Assembly: GCA_002269645.1 (NCBI GenBank)
Contig: NIVC01002090.1
Coordinates: forward strand, 1-64,000
Direction of reading: 5' to 3'
Source: Macrostomum lignano
Taxonomy: Eukaryota
DNA: 64,000 nucleotides
Of the stretch, positions 38,701-52,200 are shown piece by piece; positions within the stretch are counted from its first letter, which is position 1; the number at the start of each line of letters is the position of its first letter. The notes under the pieces are model-generated. The model was not told where the DNA came from. It saw only the letters and a program-made list of their open reading frames with translations, and did no database searches. The translations under genes were made by a program, and so were the position numbers.

Positions 38701-41700
38701 GCATTAAAATGCACTGAATTTCACTGTGCAAAAAATACACAGGGCTTCCTGTTAAAAAACAGAACACAAATAGTTGCGCAATTGTCTATAAAGTCAGCCA
38801 GTGAGCCAGGGTCCAATTGTACACACGCCGCCAATGAGAACGCGCCCATTCCCCCACAGGAGAGAAAATGCACTGGCGACATAGGAAAAAGTTGTGGCGT
38901 AATCACTCAAAATTTATGCAAATTTTCAGCTCCGAGCAGAAAAAGTGTCCAGAGAAGGTTAGGAAATCAGATTTCTGCTTTTTTAGGGATCTTAAAATTA
39001 AAAAATGAAAGATTAAAACAGCCTAAAGCCGATTCCGGAAAATTTGCAGTATTCCCATATAAGTTTCAACGCTGAGTTGCACGTAGTCTAGGAGGAGATA
39101 TCCTACAAACAAACAGACAAACAAACAAACAAACAACGCACCAACTTTAGTATTAAAATATTCTCCGCGAAATAGAAATCCTCTCCGTGAAACTGGACTA
39201 AATCGAAATTTCTACGTCAAATAGCCCAGCTCTCAGAATTCATTGGTTAGGGTTAGGGTTAGGGTTGACAGCTGCGTGTTGAAAGGCGCCGTAAAAACAT
39301 TGAACCAATTAAATTGCGCAACTTATTTCTCAGGCAGTCAGTATCAGCCTCAGTTAAAGTTAACAAAAAGATTGCGCAATCTAAATCAACCCTCAAATAC
39401 ACAGCAACCGACCCCCCTTCCAATACGCAGTGCAGCTAGAAATTGAACCCCCCCACCAACTATTGGGGGGTCGGTCGAACCCCCATAGAACTCCAAAATG
39501 AGCACAATCTTTGCAGAAAGCTAAAAGTATGAAAATCTTTTCTTGAATGCTGTGAATTTAATTTTCATATTTAAAGCAAAAAACTTATATCCCCGAACTC
39601 ATTGCAGCAAGATCTTTCCAGCAATATAAGTCTCTCCTCTCTAAGTTCAAAACTCGAGCAACAGTTAGTGTTTGAAACTTTCTGATTTTAAGCATTGAAA
39701 TATCGAGTGTACGTTCACTGCCTGCTAAAGATGCTCGCAAGTTTATGCATTAAAATGCACTGAATTTCACTGTGCAAAAAATACACAGGGCTTCCTGTTA
39801 AAAAACAGAACACAAATAGTTGCGCAATTGTCTATAAAGTCAGTCAGTGAGCCAGGGTTCAAGTGTACACACGCAGCCACTGAGAACGCGACCATCCCCC
39901 ACTTGAGAGAAAATACACTGCCAAGATAGAAAAATTTTATGGCGCAATCACTAAAATTGATACAAATTTTCAGCTCCAAGCAGAAAGAGGGGACAATTAA
40001 GATTATCAAAGGTCAAGACCGCCATTTTCTGCTTTTTTAGGGATCTTAAAAATTGAAAATGAAAGATTAAAATAGCCTAAAGCCATCCTCGGAAAATTTG
40101 CAGTTTTCCCATATAAGTTTCAACGCTGACTTGCAAGTATTCTAGGAGGAGTTATCCAACAAACACACACACACACAGACAAACAACGCACCAACTTTAG
40201 TATTAAGATAAGAAAGAAAAGACGAGTGGAACTCCTCCTTCGGAGGAGAAAGGGGAAGAACTCTCATCACCGGAATTCCATTCCCTGAAATATCCATCAA
40301 CTGAAATTCCATGTCTTGAACCCTATCTTCCAAATCGTCTCCAAATTCTTTACAAAACCTTTCAAAGACCATAGCTCAAAGACTTTCACGTCTCTCATAT
40401 TTCCTCTCTCCTCTCTTTGCAATTTTCGTGACTCTACTCTCTCTCCTCTCTCTCATCTCATCTCTACCCGTACTCCCTTATTTATGTTTTCTCCCTCATC
40501 TTTCGTCTGTACCTTCTCTTGTCTCTTGTCTCCTCTCTTCTCTCATATCTCTCCTCTTCACTTCTGTCTCCTGTCTCCTCTCTTCTCTCTTATCTCTCCC
40601 TCTTCTCTCCTCTCTCATATGTCATCTCTACTCACTTATCTATCGTATCTCTTAACCCTCTCTCTCTCTTCTCTTTTCTCTTCTCTCTGCTCTCATTTCT
40701 CATATCTCATATACGCTCTCACACTCTACTTTCTTGTCTCCCATCTTTCTTTCCTCCTTTCCACTATCCCCTGTCTCTTCTCTTCTCTCTTTTCTGTCCT
40801 CTCCATTCTCTCTTTTCTCCTCTCCTTGCTCCTTTCTTCTTCTCCCCTCTCTTCTCTAATGTCCTATCTCTTCTCTCTTATGTTCTCACTCATCTCTTCT
40901 CATTGCATCTCTCATCTCTCCTCTCCTCACTACTTTCCTCTCTACACTCTCTCATCTCTGATCTTTCATCTCTCTCCTCTCTCCTCTCTCCTCCCATCTC
41001 TACTACCTTATTTATATCTTCTTGGTCTTTCGTCTCTACTCTCTCCTGTCTCCTTTCTCCCGTCTTTTCTCCTCTCTTCTCTCTCCCCTCCTCTCTCATC
41101 TGGACTCATCTGAAACTGGACTCCTTCGAAATCCTCTCCGTGAAACTGAGGACCATCGAAATCCTCTCCGTGAAACTGAAAACCATCGAAATTCTTTCTT
41201 TTAAACTGAACTCAATCGAAATTTTCTCCGTCAAAAAGAATAAATATCAGGATTCATTGGTTAGGGTTATTGTTAGGGTTAGGGTTAGGGTTAGAGCTAC
41301 ACACAGCTGCGTGTTCAAATAAAAAATGAACCAATTGAATCAATTGATTGCGCAACCGATTTCACAGTCAGTCAGTATCAGTCTCAGTTAAAATTAACAA
41401 AAAGATTGCGCAATTTAAATCAACCCTCCTGTACACAGAGACCGACCCCTTTTCAATACGCAGTAGCAGTTAGAAATTGAACCCCCATCTGTTGGGGCAT
41501 TGAACCAAAAAATGAGTACAATCTTTGCATAAAGCTAAAAGTATGGAAATAGTTTTTTTGATGCTGCTCTTTTAGTCTTTATATTTATAGCAAACAATTT
41601 ATATCCTCGAACTCAGCGTTGCAAGATCTTTTCAGCAGTATAAGTATCTTCTCTTAAAGTTTAGAACTCGAAGAGCAGTTAGCGTTTGAAAGTTCCCGTT

Positions 41701-42719
41701 TTAAGGCATTGAAATATCGCGTGTACGTTCACTGCCTGCCAAAGAGGCTCGCAAATTTATTCATTCATTACACAGGCTGGCTATTACACAGGGCAGCCTA
41801 TTGAAAGGCACAGATAATTAAAAAAATTGATGGCGCAACCGATTTCACAGTCAGTCAGTATCAGTCTCAGTTAAAGTTAAGAAAAACATTGCGCAATCTA
41901 AATCAACCCTCCAATACACAGCAGCAGTAAGAAGTTGAACCCTCCCCCCAACTTTATCTGTTACGTCTCGCAAAACTGAGTACAATTTTTGCAGAAAGTT
42001 AAAAGTATGGAAATAGTTTTTTCAATGCTGTGCTTTTTCTTTTCATATTTAAAGCAAACAATTTATATCCCTGAAATCAGCTTTGCAAGTTCTTTCCAGC
42101 AATATTAATTTTTTCTCTCAAAGTTAAAAACTCGAGCAACAGTTTGCGTTTGAAACTTTCTGATTTAAAGCATTGAAATATCAATTGTACGTTCACTGCC
42201 TGCTAAAGAGGCCCGCAAGTTGATGCATTGAATTTCAATGTCCAACAAATACACAGGACTGCCCATTGAAAGGCAGGAAAACTTATCAGTAGCCATATCA
42301 TTGCGCAATTATCTATAAAGTCAGCCAGTGAGCCAGGGTCCAAGTGTACACACGCAGCCACTGAGAACGCTCCCACCCCCCACTGGAAAGAAAATACACT
42401 ACAGAGATAGGGAAAAGTTGTGGCGCAATCACTAAAAATTCATGCATTTTTCAGCTCCAAGCAGAAAGAGGGGACAATTAAGATTATTAAAGGTCAAGAC
42501 CGCCGTTTTCTGCTTTTTTGAGGATCTTAGAAATTAAAATTTCAGAATTAAAATAGCCTATAGCCGACCTCGGATAATTTCCAATCTTCCCATATAAGTT
42601 TCAACGCTGAGTTGCCACTATTCAAGGAGGAGTTGTCGAAATGACAGACACACAGACAGACAGACAGACAGACAAACAACGCGTCAACTTTAGTATATAT
42701 AGATAGATAGATAGATAGA
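35744..42719 (-). mobile_element. Block of four family B Helitron-like modules (second copy 47627-56373 has five)
   Basis: Modules start (plus strand) at about 35744, 37934, 39156 (truncated) and 40223. Each intact one has a CTCCTCC-TTC-GGAGGAG-type hairpin next to a CGAG terminus, 30-bp GAAATCCTCTCCGTGAAACTGAACACCATC repeats, (GGTTAG)n, and a (CAGA/CAAA)n..TTTAGTAT end. Confidence 0.75.
35880..36620. repeat. CT-rich polypyrimidine low-complexity tract in a family B module
   Basis: Almost purine-free plus strand; copies at ~40390-41110, 47770-48500 and 54040-54755. Confidence 0.9.
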
Positions 42720-43298
42720 GGATCTAAAAATTCGAACCATCGTCCCTGCATTTAGCAGTCAGTCTGTTTACCTCTAGGCTAGCTCTCATCGTTTTGATAA
42801 TATGAATTTTAGCACTTATAATTATAAGTTTCAAAACTCCAAGCATGGAGTAAATCACACGAGGCAGTTATGACATAATCAATTTCTCAGTCAGTCAGTA
42901 TCAGTTAACAATATGGTTACGCAATCTAAATCACGTCTGGTGTTTCGCTTCCACACTGCATTTTCAATACTGTGACGCAATTCAAGTCGGAGTTACAATT
43001 CAGTTATGATGCAATCTATTTTAGAATCAGAATTCAACCAGTCAATTTTTTTCTAGCATTCTTACAATGCATTTCAAGTCGAAAAGTTTGCTTGACCTTT
43101 GCAAAAAAGCATGTTTTTCGAGTATTTAATGCCTTTAGCATCGAGCAATTTCTTAGCCAAGACACATGTACCGTCACGGGAAAATTTCTGATCGAACAGT
43201 GCAAGTCTCATGAAAATCGGTTAAGCCATTTTTTCTCTAATCGATTACAAGCAAGCAAGCAAGCAAGCAAGCAAGATTTTCATTTTTAGTATATAGGA

Positions 43299-46200
43299 CT
43301 AGCAATCTACGCCCCCCGTTGGGGAGCCAAAGAAATGCAATACACGTTTTTTTAATAAGCTACATGTATCCTTGAAATCTTAAAAAATCTCCTGTCAAAC
43401 CTTGTAAGCCTTGACATGTCAGTAATTCCCCCCCCCCACAAGCTTTAACATATCAACTTCCCCCCTTGACATCTCAGCAATGCCCCCAATAAGCCTTGGA
43501 AATCTAAAAATATCTGTCAACCTTCTAACCCTAACCCTAGCCTAACCCTAACCCTAACCCTAACCCTAAAGCATTGAAATTTCAGTAATTCTCTCTAAGA
43601 GTCATTATAGCACTACTACAGCATTATAGCGATTCCTTGCAAGCCTCAACATCGTAGGGATTCCCAAATGAATCTCTTAACTTTGACATGAAGCTTCTTT
43701 TATTTTTTACATTACGCTTTTTTATCAGCGATCCCTCCCCTGAGGAGGCATCAAATAATGTAATAAAAAGTTTTCAATAAACTACATGTAGCTTCTGACT
43801 TTAGCCTTGAAATCTCATTTATACCCCCGTGAGCCTTGACATCTCAGCTATTCCCCCCGTAAGCCTTAACATGTCAGCGATGGCCCCCATAAACCTTGAA
43901 ATCTGAAAAATCCCCTGCTAACCTTGAAACCCGATAAAATATAACCCTCAACCCACACCTGACCTAAACCTAACTTTAACCCAACCTAAAGCCTTGAAAT
44001 CTCAGCAATTCTTCTCCCCTAAGCCTTGACATTTTAGTGATTCCTTCTTTAAGAATCACAGCACTATAACGATTTCCACCTAGCTTTGACATCGTAGCAA
44101 TTCCCAAATGAATCTTTTAACTTCGACATGACTTTTCTTTTATGTATACATAGTGCTACTTTTATTTTTTACATGACTCTTCTTCTATCAGCGCCCCCCC
44201 CGTGACGAGCCAACAAAGAATGCAATAAAAAATGGAGTAAAGTACATGAACTTTGAAGTAGCTTCTGACTTTTGCTTTGACATCTCAGAAACCCCCCCCC
44301 CGTAATCTCAGTTATTCTCTGAGAGCCTTTACGTCTCAGTTTTTCTCCCCAGCACAGCATTATAGTTGCATTTAATTTTTACATGAACCCTTCATGTCTG
44401 ACATGACGTTTCTTTTATTCTACCATGACGCTTCCTAATTTTTTAAATGACACTTTCATTAGTTTTAAATGAGGCTTCTATGATTTTTTCTTGACGCTTC
44501 TATGATTTTTACATGATGCTTCTATGATTTTTATATGACGTTTCTATAATTGTTTACATGACGCTTCTATGATTGTTTACATGACGCTTCTATGATTGCT
44601 TACATGACGCTTCTATGATTTTTTACATGACGCTTCTATGATTGTTTACATGACGCTTCTACGATTTTTTACATGACGCTTCTATGATTGTTTACATGAC
44701 GCTTCTACGATTTTTACATGACGCTTCTATGATTGTTTACATGACGCTTCTATGATTTTTAAATGACGCTTCTATGATTTTTACATGACGCTTCTATGAT
44801 TTTTATATGACGTTTCTATGATTGTTTACATGACGCTTCTATGATTGTTTACATGACGCTTCTATGATTGCTTACATGACGCTTCTATGATTTTTTACAT
44901 AACGCTTCTATGATTGTTTACATGACGCTTCTACGATTTTTTACATGACGCTTCTATGATTTTTACATGACGCTTCTACGATTTTTTCCATGACGCTTCT
45001 ATGATTGTTTACATGACGCTTCTATGATTGTTTACATGACGCTTCTATGATTGTTTACATGACGCTTCTACGATTTTTTACATGACGCTTCTATGATTGT
45101 TTACATGACGCTTCTATGTTTGTTTACATGACGCTTCTATGATTGTTTACATGACGCTTCTATGATTTTTTACATGACGCTTCTATGATTGTTTACATGA
45201 CGCTTCTATGATTGTTTACATGACGCTTCTATGATTGTTTACATGACGCTTCTACGATTTTTTACATGACGCTTCTATGATTGTTTACATGACGCTTCTA
45301 CGATTTTTACATGACGCTTCTATGATTGTTTACATGACGCTTCTATGATTTATATGACGTTTCTATGATTGTTTACATGACGCTTCTATGATTGTTTACT
45401 TGACGCTTCTATGATTGCTTACATGACGCTTCTATGATTTTTTACATAACGCTTCTATGATTGTTTACATGACGCTTCTACGATTTTTTACATGACGCTT
45501 CTATGATTGTTTACATGACGCTTCTACGATTTTTTACATGACGCTTCTATGATTGTTTACATGACGCTTCTATGATTGTTTACATGACGCTTCTATGATT
45601 GTTTACATGACGCTTCTATGATTTTTACATGACGCTTGAATGATTGTTTACATGACGCTTCTATGTTTGTTTACATGACGCTTCTATGATTGTTTACATG
45701 ACGCTTCTATGACTTTTTAAATGACGCATCTATGATTTTTATATGACGCTTCTATGATTTTTTACATGACGCTTCTATGATTGTTTACATGACGCTTCTA
45801 TGATTTTTTACATGACGCTTCTATGATTTTTTACATGACGCTTCTATGATTGTTTTTATGACGCTTCTATGATTGTTTACATGACGCTTCTATGATTGTT
45901 TACATGACGCTTCTATGATTTTTTTAAATTACGCTTCTATGATTTTTTTTAGATAACGCTTCTTTGATTTTTAAATGACGCTTCTACGATTTTTTACATG
46001 ACGCTTCTATGATTGTTTACATGACGCTTCTATGATTTTTACATGACGCTTCTTTTTAAAAAGTCTTTTAGTTTTCCTGATGTTGAAAAGCTTTAATTAA
46101 AAAAATTATACTCTATGAAAATTCGAACCAATTCGAACCAAACTGCATTTAGCAGTTCAGTTTGTTCACCTCTAGGCTAGCTCTCATCGTTTTGATAACA

Positions 46201-49200
46201 TCAAATTTTTCACTTATATAATTCAACACTTTAAAATCCAAGCATAGAGTAAATTACACGAAGCAGTTATGACATAATCAGTTTCTCAGTCAGTCAGTAT
46301 CAGTTAACAATATGGTTACGCAATTTAAATCAAGTCTGGTGCTACGCTTCCACACTGAGTTACAATTCAGTTATGATGCAATCTATTTCAGAATCAGAAT
46401 TCAACCAGTCAGTTTTTTCTCTAGCATTCTTACAATGCATTTCAAGTCGAAAAGTTTGCTTGACCTTTGCAAAAAAGCATGTTTTTCGAATATTTAATGC
46501 CTTTAGCATCGAGCAATTTCTTAGCCACGATGCATGTACCGTCACGGGAAAATTTGTTTCACATGACGCTTCTATGATTGTTTACTTGACGCTTCTATGA
46601 TTGCTTACATGACGCTTCTATGATTTTTTACATAACGCTTCTATGATTGTTTACATGACGCTTCTACGATTTTTTACATGACGCTTCTATGATTGTTTAC
46701 ATGACGCTTCTACGATTTTTTACATGACGCTTCTATGATTGTTTACATGACGCTTCTATGATTGTTTACATGACGCTTCTATGATTGTTTACATGACGCT
46801 TCTATGATTTTTACATGACGCTTCTATGATTGTTTACATGACGCTTCTATGTTTGTTTACATGACGCTTCTATGATTGTTTACATGACACTTCTATGATT
46901 TTTTACATGACGCTTCTATGATTGTTTACATGACGCTTCTATGATTGTTTACATGACGCTTCTATGATTGTTTACATGACGCTTCTATGATTTTTTACAT
47001 GACGCTTCTATGACTTTTTAAATGACGCTTCTTTTTAAAAAGTCTTTTAGTTTTCCTGATGTTGAAAAGCTTTAATTAAAAAAATTATACTCTATGAAAA
47101 TTCGAACCAATTCGAACCAAACTGCATTTAGCAGTTCAGTTTGTTCACCTCTAGGCTAGCTCTCATCGTTTTGATAACATCAAATTTTTCACTTATATAA
47201 TTCAACACTTTAAAATCCAAGCATAGAGTAAATTACACGAAGCAGTTATGACATAATCAGTTTCTCAGTCAGTCAGTATCAGTTAACAATATGGTTACGC
47301 AATTTAAATCAAGTCTGGTGCTACGCTTCCACACTGAGTTACAATTCAGTTATGATGCAATCTATTTCAGAATCAGAATTCAACCAGTCAGTTTTTTCTC
47401 TAGCATTCTTACAATGCATTTCAAGTCGAAAAGTTTGCTTGACCTTTGCAAAAAAGCATGTTTTTCGAATATTTAATGCCTTTAGCATCGAGCAATTTCT
47501 TAGCCACGATGCATGTACCGTCACGGGAAAATTTCTGATCGAACAGTGCAAGTTCGAACAAAATCGGTCCAGCCATTTTTTCTCTAATCGATCACATAGA
47601 CACAGACAGACAATTTTTAGTATATACGAGTGGAACTCCTCCTTCGGAGGAGAAAGGGGAAGAACTCCCATCACCGGAATTCTATTCCCTGAAATATCCA
47701 TCAACTGAAATTCCATGTCTTTAACCCTATCTTCCAAATCGTCTCCAAATTCTTTACAAAATCTTTCAGAGACCATAGCTCAAAGACTCTCAAGTCTCTC
47801 ATATCTCCTCTCTCCTCTCTCTCATCTCATCTCTACCCCTGCTCCCTTCTTTATCTCTTCTCCCTCGTCTTTCGTCTGTACCTTCTCCTGTCTTCTGTCT
47901 CCTCTCTTCACTCTTATCTCTCCCTCTTCTCTCCTCTCTCATATGTCATCTCTACTCACTTATCTATCGTCTCTCTTAACCCTCTCTCTCTCTTCTCTTT
48001 TCTCTTCTCTCTGCTCTCATTTCTCATATTTCATATACGCTCTGACACTACTTTCTTGTCTCCCATCTTTCTTCCTCCTTTTCACTATCCCCTGTCTCTT
48101 CTCTTCTCTCTTTTCTATTCTCTCCATTCTCTCTTTTCTCCTTTCCTTGCTCCTTTCATCTCTCTCCTCTCTCCTCACTCTCTTCTCCTTTCGCTTCTCT
48201 CTCCTCTCTCTCCTCTCATCTTTACTACCTTATTTATATCTTCTCCCTAGTCTTTCGTCTGTACTCTCTCCTGTCTCCTCTCTCCCCTCCTCTCTCATCC
48301 CTCATCTCCTCATCTCACTCTTTCTTTCTCCTCTACTCTCCCCTCTCTTCTATTGCCTCTGTACGCTCTTATCCCTCATCTATTCTCTCTCCTATCATCT
48401 CCAATCTGTCATGTCTAATCTCTCCACTCAATTATACTCTGTTTTCTATCATCTCTTCTCTCTTCTCTTTTCAGTCTTCTCTTTACTCTCTTCTCTGACT
48501 GATTGAAGATGCCAAATCCATCAAGATCCTCTCCGCGAAGCAGAAATCCTGTCCGTGCAACTGAAAACCATCGAAATCCTCTCCGTGAAACTGGACTCCT
48601 TCGAAATCCTCTCCTTGAAACTTAAATCCATCAAAATCGTCTCCATAAAACAGAAATCAATCATAACTTATCTCCGCGAAACAGAAAGCCTCTCCGTGAA
48701 GCTGAACATGATCGAAATCCTCTCCGTGAAACTGAACACCATGGAAATCCTTTCGTGAAACTGAACATCATCGAAATCCTCTCCACGAAACAGAAATCTT
48801 CTCCGTCAGAATTTAAACATTGAAATCGTCTCCGCTAAACTTGACTTAATCGAATTTTTTCCGTCAAACAACTCAACTCGCCAGATTCATTAGGGTTAGG
48901 GTTAGGGTTAGGGTTAGGGTTAGAACTACGCACAGCTTCGTGTTAAAAGGCACAGATAAAAATATTGAACTAATTGTATCAATTCATTGCGCAACCGATT
49001 TCACAGTCAGTCAGTATCAGCCTCAGGTAAAGTTAACAAAAACATTGCGCAATCTAAATCGACCCTCCAATACACAGCAGCAGTGAGAAGTTGAACCCTC
49101 CCCCCAACAATCTTTGCAGATTAAAGTACAATCTTTGCAGAAAGTTAAAGCTGTGCTTTTTCTTTTCATATTTAAAGCAAACAACTTATATCCCCGAACT

Positions 49201-52200
49201 CAGCGTTGCAAGATCTTGCCAGCAATATAAGTTTCTCCTCTCAAAGTTTAAAACTCGAGGAACAGTTAGCGTTTGAAACTGTCTGATTTATAGCATTGAA
49301 GTATCGAGTGTACGTTCACTGCCTGCTTGAAAGTTGATGCATTGAATTTCAATGTCCAACAAATACACAGGACTGCCCATTGAAAGGCAGGAAAACTTAT
49401 CAGTAGCCATATTATTGCGCAATTATCTATAAAGTCAGCCAGTGAGCCAGGGTCCAAGTGTACACACGCAGCCACTGAGAACGCTCCCACCCCCCACTGG
49501 AAAGAAAATACACTACAGAGATAGGGAAAAGTTGTGGCGCAATCACTAAAAATTCATGCATTTTTCAGCTCCAAGCAGAAAGAGGGGACAATTAAGATTA
49601 TTAAAGGTCAAGACCGCCGTTTTCTGCTTTTTTGAGGATCTTAGAAATTAAAATTTCAGAATTAAAATAGCCTATAGCCGACCTCGGATAATTTCCAATC
49701 TTCCCATATAAGTTTCAACGCTGAGTTGGCACTATTCAAGGAGGAGTTGTCGAAATGACAGACAGACATACAGACAGACATACAGACAGACAAACAACGC
49801 GTCAACTTTAGTATATACGAGGCCAACTCCTCCTTCGGAGAAGAAAGGGGAAGAACTCCAATCAGCGGAATTCCATTCCCTGAACTCCATCAGCGGAATC
49901 CCATTTTCCAACACCTCTCCGCGCAACAGAAATCGTCTCCGTGAAACTGAACACTATCGAAATCCTCTCCGTGAAACTGAACACCATCGAAATATTCTCC
50001 GCGAAATAGAAATCCTCTCCGTGAAACTGGACTAAATCGAAATTTCTACGTCAAACAGCCCAGCTCTCAGAATTCATTGGTTAGGGTTAGGGTTAGAGCT
50101 ACACACAGCTGCGTGTTGAAAGGCGCCGTAAAAACATTGAACCAATTAAATTGCGCAACTTATTTCTCAGGCAGTCAGTATCAGCCTCAGTTAAAGTTAA
50201 CAAAAAGATTGCGCAATCTAAATCAACCCTCAAATACACAGCAACCGACCCCCCTTCCAATACGCAGTGCAGCTAGAAATTGAACCCCCCCCACCAACTA
50301 TTGGGGGGTCGGTCGAACCCCCATTGAACTCCAAAATGAGCACAATCTTTGCAGAAAGCTTAAAGTATGAAAATCTTTTCTTGAATGCTGTGAATTTAAT
50401 TTTCATATTTAAAGCAAAAAACTTATATCCCCGAACTCATCGCAGCAAGATCTTTCCAGCAATATAAGTCTCTCCTCTCTAAGTTCAAAACTCGAGCAAC
50501 AGTTAGTGTTTGAAACTTTCTGATTTTAAGCATTGAAATATCGAGTGTACCTTCACTGCCTGCTAAAGATGCTCGCGAGTTTATGCATTAAAATGCACTG
50601 AATTTCACTGTGCAAAAAATACACAGGGCTTCCTGTTAAAAAACAGAACACAAATAGTTGCGCAATTGTCTATAAAGTCAGCCAGTGAGCCAGGGTCCAA
50701 TTGTACACACGCCGCCAATGAGAACGCGCCCATTCCCCCACAGGAGAGAAAATGCACTGGCGACATAGGAAAAAGTTGTGGCGTAATCACTCAAAATTTA
50801 TGCAAATTTTCAGCTCCGAGCAGAAAAAGTGTCCAGAGAAGGTTAGGAAATCAGATTTCTGCTTTTTTAGGGATCTTAAAATTAAAAAATGAAAGATTAA
50901 AACAGCCTAAAGCCGATTCCGGAAAATTTGCAGTATTCCCATATAAGTTTCAACGCTGAGTTGCACGTAGTCTAGGAGGAGATATCCTACAAACAAACAG
51001 ACAAACAAACAAACAAACAACGCACCAACTTTAGTATTAAAATATTCTCCGCGAAATAGAAATCCTCTCCGTGAAACTGGACTAAATCGAAATTTCTACG
51101 TCAAATAGCCCAGCTCTCAGAATTCATTGGTTAGGGTTAGGGTTAGGGTTGACAGCTGCGTGTTGAAAGGCGCCGTAAAAACATTGAACCAATTAAATTG
51201 CGCAACTTATTTCTCAGGCAGTCAGTATCAGCCTCAGTTAAAGTTAACAAAAAGATTGCGCAATCTAAATCAACCCTCAAATACACAGCAACCGACCCCC
51301 CTTCCAATACGCAGTGCAGCTAGAAATTGAACTCCCCCCACCAACTATTGGGGGTCGGTCGAACCCCCATAGAACTCCAAAATGAGCACAATCTTTGCAG
51401 AAAGCTAAAAGTATGAAAATCTTTTCTTGAATGCTGTGAATTTAATTTTCATATTTAAAGCAAAAAACTTATATCCCCGAACTCATTGCAGCAAGATCTT
51501 TCCAGCAATATAAGTCTCTCCTCTCTAAGTTCAAAACTCGAGCAACAGTTAGTGTTTGAAACTTTCTGATTTTAAGCATTGAAATATCGAGTGTACGTTC
51601 ACTGCCTGCTAAAGATGCTCGCAAGTTTATGCATTAAAATGCACTGAATTTCACTGTGCAAAAAATACACAGGGCTTCCTGTTAAAAAACAGAACACAAA
51701 TAGTTGCGCAATTGTCTATAAAGTCAGTCAGTGAGCCAGGGTTCAAGTGTACACACGCAGCCACTGAGAACGCGACCATCCCCCCACTTGAGAGAAAATA
51801 CACTGCCAAGATAGAAAAATTTTATGGCGCAATCACTAAAATTGATACAAATTTTCAGCTCCAAGCAGAAAGAGGGGACAATTAAGATTATCAAAGGTCA
51901 AGACCGCCATTTTCTGCTTTTTTAGGGATCTTAAAAATTGAAAATGAAAGATTAAAATAGCCTAAAGCCATCCTCGGAAAATTTGCAGTTTTCCCATATA
52001 AGTTTCAACGCTGACTTGCAAGTATTCTAGGAGGAGTTATCCAACAAACACACACACACACAGACAAACAACGCACCAACTTTAGTATTAACGAGGCCAA
52101 CTCCTCCTCTGGAGGAGAAAGGGGAAGAATTCCCATCACCGGTACTCCATTCCCTGAAATGCCATTCCCTGAATCCCATCATCCAACTCCTCTCCGCGAA

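Larger units (their letters stand above)
31419..43298 (-). mobile_element. Composite Helitron unit 2 (11,880 bp): family A ends with a nested family B block
   Basis: Same 5' TCC and hairpin+CTAG 3' ends as unit 1; joined to units 1 and 3 by exact head-to-tail junctions (plus strand ATATAGGA|CTAGCAATC at 31418/9 and 43298/9). Confidence 0.85.
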
